A stretch of 61,620 nt of DNA, the filler included, from Platydemus manokwari (lineage: Eukaryota), in the NCBI GenBank assembly GCA_037951405.1. It is 5 parts of 5 records of this genome, joined end to end, with 100 filler letters (N's around TTAATTAATTAA, not from the genome) between each part and the next. Parts side by side here need not be neighbours in the genome. Positions count along the whole stretch, not along the records: positions 51,116 to 61,620 come from JBBMOY011128552.1; 4 more parts are not named here. One strand, written 5' to 3'. Both the position numbers and the translations under genes were made by a program. Positions 51,116-61,620 of the stretch are shown here, in pieces. Below the pieces are notes generated by a model. It did not search any database and had not been told where the DNA came from. It saw only the letters and a list, made by a program, of their open reading frames with translations. Each line of letters opens with the position of its first letter. The stretch's first letter is position 1.

Positions 51116-54100
51116 CAATTGGCAGAAAGATGGCTTCGAGTCATTGAAAATGATGGACTGTACTTCGAGGAATAATATGTTCAGCGTTATAATAATTCGT
51201 GTTAATAAAATACCTGCATAAAAACATGAATAACTTTTGACTCAACCTGGTATATATGAGTTGGTAATGATCATGCAATATTCAGAATGAGTTATTATGA
51301 TATCGTCTTTCATTGAATCTCTTACCTTTTCATAAATTCTCTATTATTTCATATAATTTTACTTAAATGACATTGAATATCCACCAAAGATCACAATCCT
51401 AATCTATTTCTAGAAAAGTTATGTTGGTATGATTACATGATGTTGATAATATTGAAAAGTCAAATTTTCAAATGGCATGAGGAGTCTCATGACTAATCAA
51501 ATAACATTGCAATGACTTTTTTAGCCTTCATTTTAAATTTGAAATTCTTTTACAACTTTCATCAGCGGAAATGAATAAAATGAAATTAACTAAAGTTTCC
51601 TTACGGTAGGCCAATACTTTTAAACCAACTAAAACTGAATAGAGTCCTTTGTATTATGGATGGTCAAGATTATATTTTTCATGATTTTTCCATGAAATAA
51701 TCATAGCTAAAATTGTATTCCTGATGCAGTTGTTATTTCAGTCAAAAGGTTTGTTTCCATCTTTTCTCTTTATTTATTATTTTTATGAAATTAGCCAAAT
51801 AAACAGCTAGATTAACCAAATGAAATCCATTTATCATTTGAAAAAAAAGTTTTGACTATTACAAGCTATGATTTCTATACAGATTATTGTATTCATATGC
51901 GACTATTATTCTGTATTATTCTCCTTTATTACGGCTTATCAATAGATTCTGTTATATATGAAGCTAAAACACAATTTAAACCAATTGTTCTATAACTAAT
52001 TATGGTTTTTATGATATGATTTTGTCGTTCTATTCACTAAAATATACATCTAGATACACATCAGAGTTCATATGGAATTATATTTGACAATTTTGGGAAG
52101 GAAATACTGCATCGAAACATAATGTCTATAAATGATCTGACTAATTGTAATGATATTCTATTTATGATATAATATTTTCGGTTGTACATCTTCGGAATCA
52201 AATTAATTCGTCTCTGCGAATCTTATTACTATTTTTTAAATAGAATTGAGTGGGAATTTACAAAATAAACTTAAAAATAGAATTCTCTACAACTTTCATT
52301 TGTTTAACATGTATTTTATGTTATTCACAGAGATTGTTAGAATAGATTTAATTTTCCTTTCCTGTTGGGGTTTGAGACTTTTAAAAATTATTTTAATCGG
52401 ACAATAATCGCATGTATTAATGTATAATTTTATTATGGCATGAATCTATATTGTAAAAAGTTTTTGTGAAAATTCATGAAGATTTTGTGACCATCAGGAA
52501 TATATAATATAATATGATATGATTTAATTGAATTTAAACCCCAATGTAAAATCTCCATAATTAATACAAAACCTGGCATTTATGTAACAAAATTAAACCA
52601 TAAAATAAAACCATTAAAATTATCATAATAAATTCACTAATTAAAACAATACGTATAGTGAATTTATCCATGAAATAATCAAGCGGAATAAATTATCGCG
52701 CACTGCGAATAAAATATCCAGCTAAAATATAATAATTTCCATGCATAAAATAAGGGAGACCAATAAAAACTTATAAAAATCTGAAATGCATATATTCTGA
52801 AAATATTATAATCCAGCTCAAGAATCAAAGTAGTCCAAAAGGAGAAAAAGAATACGAAAAGTTACCGATCATTAAAGACTTAAAATTTCAGTCCATACCT
52901 CATTTAATATAAAAACCACTTTTTGTGGATTAACCAATATATTTATTAAAGATTGTAAGTTATCTTTAATTCTTCATTTCCAGGTAGTTCATTCCCGGTA
53001 GTTCACTCTGTTCTGTTGCCATGTCACTATTGAAAGTTGAATTTAAATAATTCTGTTTGACCACTGGAATAGTAAGTACTGATTTTCAACACGTATGTAC
53101 ATTTAAAGCTCAATTGTAAAATTTTTGGTTATAATCTTGAGCCGCTTTCAGCGCACTTGTTGGGTAAAGAAATACCCTAAAATAATATAATTTTTTCCCA
53201 AAAAATCCATTACCCTCCTAAAAATAGAAACATAAATGATAAAATAAGCGTAATTTATAAATTCTAAAAATAAATATAATAATTTAATAATTACAAAAAT
53301 ATAATTATATAAGCTTAGAATTCCAGAGATAATATAAAGAAAACTTAATAATAATAAAAATATAAAAAAGATGATAGATCAGAAAAGATAGACGTAGTAG
53401 TATATATACTGATAACTTATTATACTTCAAAGCCAAAATTTTACGTACTACATTGATTTTGCTGTCTGCAAAACTGATTTTACTCAGCCCACAGTTATAG
53501 TGTGAAACTCAATCATAGTTAATAACTTTCAACACCTCTTATTAGCGGAGAAATTTCCAGTGAAAATAATCGATAAAACACACGCAAACTAATTCACCAA
53601 AGGAAAATCTCACCATAATGACTCTATATGAAGCAGTCACAATTTTGAAATGAAAATTATTATCTCTGTGCAAATTCCGAAAGTAGTATTTTTATTTCAT
53701 TCTCCTAACAATTTTATCATGCAACTATTCTAATTACTATTCTCACAACTCACATTTGTGATCATGTATTTGCAATTTGATTTAGATGAATTCATTACAT
53801 GTATTCCTATCTATTGTGTTCATTTATTTAATTAAATTATTTTTATCATTTCTTACTGCGCCTTCGGAGTCAGGTACCTATTACGTAAAATACACTACAA
53901 GCTTAAAAGCCTTCTGAAATGCAAACCGAAACAAAACTAAACACACTAAAATTTAAAATCTCACTCGCAAATGTATTTAGCAAATACCTTTTAATTTTTA
54001 AATGTCGAAATTATCATTTATTGATTATGTCGTTGTGGTGTTGTCTAAAACCTCTTTGCTTTAAAATGTTATGAATCCTCCTACTTCTGGTATTGTTATG

Positions 54101-55826
54101 TGTCATACTTCAATATAATCTTACTGTACTATTTATTTCGGCCAATTGCTGTGTCATGTCACCTACAAATATCTCGATACCGAGAGGTCTTGTTAAAAAA
54201 AATTCTCTCCTTTATTAATCATCGAATTACAAATATTTTATTATTAATTATTATAATCATTGTCAAATGGGTCCAGACTAATGAACTTAAATATTTATCA
54301 TCAAATAATTTATTGTCTGTTTGGCTTTTCAATAAGGATTCCGCAATACGGTTTTGAAAGTCATCAAATCATCATTAATCCTTGCCTATGTATTTTATAT
54401 TCAAATATCTTCAACAAATTTTATAAAATATGAAAAAAGAATTCATATTTTTCTTGATGTTTTAATCCACATCTGATATTTCGTAAATTAATTTTCACAG
54501 GAAAGGTTTCTTACAAAACAATCCCACCAAAAGGGCAATTTTATTTACAAGATTCTCAACATAAAATTCATAATTATTAGATAAAGATTCATCGGCACAA
54601 TTAATTCATCTAGTTTTATATCAATTATTGCACAGAAATCAATATAAATTTTAATTGTGATCGGTAACATTTCGGATAATCAGAAATATTAACAATTCTT
54701 TTTATCGAAAATGCTTTCTTATCTTTATCAACGTAACAATCATGTAAGATTAATTCTATTGGAATTATTCTGGCTTTAAATAAGCGAAGCTCTTGAGCAA
54801 TATATATATATACATATCAACATTTATTCTTTTGTGTGAGCTTCTTATTTCTGTTTATAATCATTATCTATAACAAGCAATCAACTAATCTCAAATTGTT
54901 GATGATATATCATCAATTTAATTCATCGATTTAATTTAGATTGAAATAGACTTTATCGGTAATATTTATAATATAATAAATCACCTAGCAACTCAACTAC
55001 ATCATATCAAAAATTAAATAGATATATAACATACATTTGCTGAAAGGAATATCAGGTATTTCCTCTCGAAATAATATTCATTCTTCATTCGCAAAGGGAT
55101 TATAATTTCATAACAAGATGTAATCTAAACAAATGTTACTCCATCTCTACATACGAGTTGACAAATTAGTCAAAGATTCATCTACATCCTTCATCAATAC
55201 ACAAATATCTTCAATAATCATCAATGTAACATGTTTACAATTATTATTTTAATGATTTATTGAGATATTAATTGATCATCTATCGATTGTACTTACAATT
55301 CAATAAATGAAATCAATAATTCTGAATATTTGAGAAAATAAAAGAAATCAATGCTCTCTTACTAAATGATTGGAAATATATATCATATCGATATTATCGG
55401 AATTCATTAAATTTATTTCATGAAAATATCGAATATTCAACTATAATAATAATTTCTGGTTAACAAATATCGAATTCAAATTACACGAATATAATCACAG
55501 AATATATAATATAACAATAATAATAGTAATAATAATCATAATAATCATAATCATAGTCATCATCATCATCATAGAAACCACTACTGATAAGACCATAACA
55601 AATAACACTTAATCAGAACACATATATATCAACTTGTAGCGGAATCTAAAATCGATAATCTAAAGTAGATATAGATATATATACACAATTTTTCATCTCT
55701 AAACAAACAAGAATACACGGCAAAAATAACAAGAAAAATAATGATAAAAAAATAAAATAACAAGAAATTCACGAATGACAAATATCACAAATACAATGGT
55801 TTTTGATATCATTTGTTTTATTTGTT

Positions 55827-56075
55827 TCAATTTTTAGGAGAATATCTTGGTTCTGGGGGTGGATCAACAAACGATCTCAATTCATATGTCGCTACTGTCG
55901 GATCAAATTCAAATTTATCACGTGAAAAAATAATTCGGATATCTGTGTGTAGATACAGTTTCCCGCTCTTGCTAGTGTGTAATCTAAATGAGAAAGTTAC
56001 AAATGGAAAATTTAAACGAAACCAGCATTGTAAAGTTTATTGCACAAATATATAATAATAAAAACAAATATTCTC

Positions 56076-56116
<41 letters not shown>

Positions 56117-59100
56117 CGTGTCCAAAAAGTTTCGCCCGATTTTATAAGATAAAATTCTATGGTGAATGAGAGCTACGAGAACAATGGTAACTATGAATCA
56201 ACCAAAGACGCAACAATGATCAATACACTAAAATTCATTGAAAACTTCCATACGTTTATCTTATAAAATCGGGCGGAACATTTTGGAAACCCTGTACATA
56301 TATATGTTCCCAGAAAATATAAAATAAAACCATCATGCACGAAAGTAGAGTTTCTCAAACGGTGTTTTTCAGAGGAAATTTTCAAGTAAGTGATGAAATC
56401 TTAAAAAGACAGTTGTTGTTGCTATCTCAGCATCATTATCACAATAAGCACACGAAATCACTTATCAGTGCATTTTCAATTTATTAAATCGGGAAAATAT
56501 AATTGAATCCGATACGATGAAGATTGAGAGATTTTAAAGACGAACTTCGAGTTAATCTGCCTGAAATGAGATCTCTGAAATGGTAGACATAACAAAACTA
56601 TATCAATCAATGCAAATTCGTTTGATAACTGAGACTTATATGTGAATCATTTAAAACTTTTTTGAAATAATCAATATTTTCTTTCTTATAATTACTTATT
56701 GATTATGATTTAGTTAAGTGATAGATATGGAAATTAATTTTCGTTCTGTCGGGAATGTTAAAAATAAGCTTTTAAGAAATCATAAAAAATTCCAAAAGAA
56801 AATCAATAATGTTTTATTTAAATAAGAATGTAAAAATGAATAAGATTTCCAAAAACATTTTGTTTAAGTGAATCGACTAAATAAGTGTACAGGATCACTA
56901 TGAAATGAGTAGATTCGAAGGGTAACTGCCGGTATTTTATGTAACGGTAACCCTTCCCTTTTCGAGTGATTATCATTTAATTTGCTGCGATTATCATCGG
57001 TGCATTCTGTGTTTCGTTAATTATACTTTATTCTTATTATTATTATTATTTATTTTTATTCCATAATTAAATAGATAAGCCGCAATTTTTCTATAAATTG
57101 ATATGTTAAAATGCAAGAGTAAAAAGATCGATTAATGCTTAAATAAAGAATGACTCTAAAAACATGCCAGATCTGTGGCAGATGATTTATTTCAATTTGT
57201 TTACAGATAATCAACAGCGCAAAAGTTGTCATGCGATCAATTTTCAAACTTGATTTTAATGAAATAACAATTCAGAAAATAGTTTGAAAATAATTTCAAT
57301 CCGAGATATCATTCCTCGATTTATTCACTGTGAGAATTTATAACGAATTGAAATTTGAAAATTTTTCAAAAATAATTTGTTTGAATGATTATAATTAAAA
57401 TATAATTTGATGTCGTGACTTTCAATTCATTTCCAAAGTGTGCTTTATCAAATAGTAGCGGCTTATAATCACAACATTTATCCACTGATAATGTTATTGA
57501 TTTCGTTATTTGATGTTATTAAATGTAATCTGAAAATGAGATTAGATTTTGATAATAAATCATGGAAAATTATGAAAATTACAAATAAAATCAATATTTT
57601 AATATTGATAATCATTAAAGATGATTTGATGGAAAAAATTGATTAATATTTACAATATAAATCACAGATAATCAATTATGTTGATAATTTAAATAATTTG
57701 TGAAAGGTTCAGAATAGATTTGACGAAAATGTGGTGTAAATTGTTTGAAATGAATATCTTGTTTTAATCAACAATGATCGAATTTCGTTCGAATAATTTT
57801 ATTGACGTAAATTAATATTGAAATAAATCTTGTCATTTCGAAAATAAAATGGAAGTTTCATTGATTATTTTTGTGTATAATCAAATTTAAAAACTATAAT
57901 AATAATAATAAATTTATATTTGTTTTTATCAAATCCCCGGAGTTATTAAATGATTTTAACGATACGTGGGGTGACTAAATTGCTTGTTTATGAGCTAAAT
58001 CAGTTTTTTCCAAAAAGCTATATTTTTACCTTCATTTCATCATCCTTTACTGATATCGATTATTTAAAATAAAAATCGATTAATCCACTGAAATATAACG
58101 CCAATATTGGTTTTATGAAAATTTACTATTCAAATGTGTGTGAGAGTGCACCATCTCTCTGATTGGAGATTTTTCCAAAACAACGCATTAATGCGAAAAT
58201 CATGAGAATTGAAATTGTCCACAATAACATCTCGATTACCAATAAAAAGTTATACATTATCATCGTAATAATATGATTCAAAATTAAGCAGTAAAAAGCC
58301 CAAATCAGATATATAAATATAATAAGATCTTAATAATAGATAAAACACTAACAAAAAGATAATTATAATATCGAAAATAACAAAAAAATCCGATAAAATA
58401 TAAAAAATAACACTATAGTAGTAATGCTAAAGATAAAGCCGTGCGTAATAATTATTAAAAATTGTAATTTACATTTAAAATATTAATATCAATAATATGA
58501 ATTATAATAACCACAGTCGAAAACGGGAAATTCGATTTTGTAAATAGTGGTGTTTATATCGTATATGAACACATTAACAAAAAGCAGGCCGGAGTGATGT
58601 GCAATGAAAATTAAGATATAAAGCGTCAAGATACCTCATTCAATCAGACATAGGGGTTATGACTTTGTTTAGAGTAGTCGGCTTCACAACAAGCGCATGC
58701 GTACAAACGGAATGTATGTCAGAATTACTATTGGTCGAGATAATCGATAACTGACTAGTAATGCCTTGGTACCATAGCTGTCATGGGAGTAATATGTGCT
58801 TGCGAAAATTGAGACAGAAACTAACAAAAACTGTTGCAAATCAAGTCCCCTAACCCAGTTGTGTTCACAAAACAGATTATTTCTACCACCATAGTGTGAT
58901 ATTTTGAATTTAAATGTTAGTCGTTATGTCCCTTTGTTCTCCTATTTTTATTACAAAGGTAAAATCTTTTTTCCTCCCTTATTAAATAATTCAATGAATA
59001 CGAAATAAACACCAGAAAATGTTTCTGCTTGCGAACTAAGTTATGAATTGAATTTTAACTGTTATCATTAGAAGTGCTTGAAACGTATCAATAAAATGTG

Positions 59101-60387
59101 ATATTAAAATTAAATCGAACTTGAGGTGAACGAGATATCGTAAATAAGAAGGTAGATTGATTTGGGGATGGAAATCACTGGATGAATTCATCGAATTGCC
59201 TCCAACTGTCCAATGAGACCAACAATTGTCATTATTCTGAGGGTGTGGATCCACAATGGAATTTTGTTGGATTGGCATATATATGGTTCTTTGCCTTAGA
59301 AAAGTTTGGTGGTTGGGAGGCATATCAGATAAATTATATAGAACAACAAACATCTTGATGACTGCACCGTTAGGATTAAACAATGTAAGCTATAAGATTA
59401 CTTTTAGGATATTTTTCATTAGAAATTTAAATGAACTACTTGAACTGAACCCTTTTTAGGAACTTGATATCCACGTTTATTACACAGAGTTTGAAGATCA
59501 ACAAAACCGAGATATGGTGACGGAGCATTATCATCTGACAGTTGAAAGAAATATGTAGTTAAAGGCAATCGAACATGTTTAGGGTTAAAGCTCCCACTAG
59601 CTCCCAATTCAATTTCAAAACCATTAATCACACCAACGGGATGAATTCTCATATTAAGCATGCTCTCCTAAATATTTTCAAAAATCACAATCAAAAATGA
59701 AAATAATAAATCAATATTTACAATAATATCTTACCAATACAAATATATCAAATCAATATCAAGTAACATTTAAACAACGCCAATAAATAAATTGATTTCA
59801 TAGAACAAAAATATATTGATTAAAAGAACTACTTCAAATTGCACACAGAATAATCGATATTATTTAAATTATTTTTATTCGAAATAATTTAAACAAAACA
59901 ATTAATTTTTAAAATAATCGATTAGCCGTCCGAAAAACAATAATAATAAAAGAATTCATGAAATTATAAATATATATAATTTGATGAATAAATACAAGAT
60001 AATATATACAGGAAAATATATTTATAATATTGACATGTCGACAGATGAACTATGTTTATGATATCAAGAATATTTCTAAAGAGATAACCAAAGGTAAAAT
60101 GTGCTACAATATCAAATACTATGTAAATATTGTATAACATATACCTCAAAATTCACAAGCAATTTTTGAGAACTAACAACTGGAGCACTGGAACTGAGAT
60201 TCTTGTCAGTAGAAACATCTATTGACAATGATCTATTTTTCTCCAATTCTACTCCTGGTGTAACAGCTAATCTGCTCATCAAAGGAGTACTGAAATTATG
60301 GCCGGATTTAAAATTTTGTAAAACTAAAACGCTTAATAACATAATATTAGATAACGTTTTTAATAGTAATGATGAGCAGTCTTTCAA
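55827..60387 (-). CDS. FAM214A: FAM214/ATOS family protein, 5'-partial; exons ..-60145, 59667-59440, 59389-59121, 55983-55827
   Basis: LLVNFE|ESMLN..GFEIELGASGSF..SDDNAPSPYLG..KRGYQVPKKGSVQ|LTLFNPN..KMFVVLYNLSDMPPNHQTFLRQRT..LRYLVHLK|LHTSKSGKLYLHTDIRIIFSR..YELRSF..PRYSPKN* matches the FAM214 conserved C-terminal domains. The last intron is ~3.1 kb. The 5' boundary is uncertain. Confidence 0.9.
56082..56113. repeat. (TA)n microsatellite flanking the MITE
   Basis: Perfect TA run. Confidence 0.9.
56114..56294. mobile_element. Tc1/mariner-type MITE (181 bp) in the last FAM214 intron
   Basis: 40-bp imperfect TIRs CAGCGTGTCCAAAAAGTTTCGCCCGATTTTATAAGATAAA / revcomp CAGGGTTTCCAAAATGTTCCGCCCGATTTTATAAGATAAA, with TA on both sides. 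Confidence 0.85.
58653..58850. mobile_element. Possible PIF/Harbinger-like MITE
   Basis: TA|GGGGTTATGACTTTG ... CAAATCAAGTCCCC|TA imperfect TIR. GC-richer interior with GCGCATGCG. Confidence 0.35.
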
Positions 60388-61620
60388 GCTTTCGATATCT
60401 ATTTGTTCCAGAGGCGAAAATCGGACTCACTCAAATTTAACACAAGCTTGAAACTAAAATTCGAAATATGAACAAATTCCACCAACAAACAAACCATTGG
60501 TTAATAATGGAATGATATTAAAAACAAGACAATTTTTAATAATATAATATATTACTTAATAATAATAATAATATAGTTATAACTGATTAATATTTTATGT
60601 CAATAAATAAGCAGTTTATGATATTTTTAGACTAAAACTATATAATGTGACTCAGCCAACATTTTAATATTAAAAATATCATGTGATGTATTTCAGTTTT
60701 CAATAAATTTTAAAAAATTATTTATTTTATAATCGATATATATATATATTTCCAAGCATGCATATCAAGCCCAAAAATTTATGAATTTTAAGATATCCGT
60801 ATTGTGATGAATAACACAATCGTTATTAATTCGTGTGTCGAAATAATGAAATCTTATATTATTATTATTTGACGATAAAAATATATTTTTGCAAGTCGGA
60901 GTGTCAGAAAATGTTGGAAATATGGGCGGTTTAATATAAAAATTAATTTGGTGTTGGATTTGGAAATGAGAATGGCAGCATCAAAATAATCTATTGACAC
61001 GATTCTCCATTACAGAAATGGGCTTAAATTAAGAAAAGGGGTCCTTTGACCCAATTTCAAAGTAATGACATTTTCGTGAGTTATTTGATATTGAAATCAT
61101 TTTTTATTGAATTTTTTACATAAAATTCAATTTTAGATTAAAAACCAAAAATCAACTCTGATAATCAAAAACCATGTATTCGATGCCCGCTACTATATTT
61201 GGCACTTTCAAAATATTTCAGTCAATTTCTATGATTATATTTATGCCTGGGATTATATTTCTATGGCAAGGTATTTCTTCATTGGTGAGGAAGCTACAAA
61301 TTGTGCTGGATCTCAATAAATAATTTTTAAATTCTTGGTTTTATTTTAATAAAAATTGTCAATATTTGTTGATTGTTAGTTTACTAATGGACATCATTTT
61401 GTAAATATAATTTTTCTCTGTGAGCCCCGTGCACCAAAAATACTTTATTAAGAATGTCGAAAAGGGACAAGGCTGAATTGTTGAACCAAGTCCCTATTTG
61501 AATTCAGAAACTTATATATTTCTGGCATCTTCACCTGCACGACTTTATTTGATTTGGATCAAATCTTCATTTCATTACAACATCGACAGGTTTGGGATCT
61601 ATGTATCCAATTTATTAAAT

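Noticed and set aside
55813-56055. Plus-strand 80-aa ORF, and other shadow ORFs (26289-26501, 41835-42041, 59256-59459, 60203-60451)
   Set aside because: Antisense shadows of real exons (FAM214, Go, PDZRN).

Overview
Very AT-rich eukaryotic (metazoan) DNA with many 42-51 nt GT-AG introns. This is consistent with a triclad planarian genome, but the taxon is an inference. The window is not contiguous: five ~12-13 kb pieces are joined by artificial 100-nt spacers (N44-TTAATTAATTAA-N44), so adjacency across the spacers means nothing. Spliced genes reconstructed by hand are a synaptophysin/synaptoporin-like MARVEL protein (3' exon missing), TBCK, a compact CoREST-like ELM2-SANT-SANT protein missed as a whole by the ORF track, G-alpha-o (3' truncated), RBM18, the 3' half of a PDZRN3/4-Slip1-family gene, and the 3' part of FAM214/ATOS. 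The standout is a single-exon 858-aa ORF (28540-31116, minus). It reads as signal peptide, three PAN/Apple-like domains, a non-catalytic PGRP domain, a TM helix and a divergent TIR domain. That makes it a candidate Toll-like receptor analogue with a peptidoglycan-recognition ectodomain in place of LRRs. Intergenic DNA holds transposon debris: a Mos1-like mariner end, an internally deleted pogo/Tc2 element, a hAT MITE with a perfect 8-bp TSD, a Tc1/mariner MITE, LTR and integrase remnants, and a dispersed element carrying arrays of MEF2-consensus sites in front of a TATA box.
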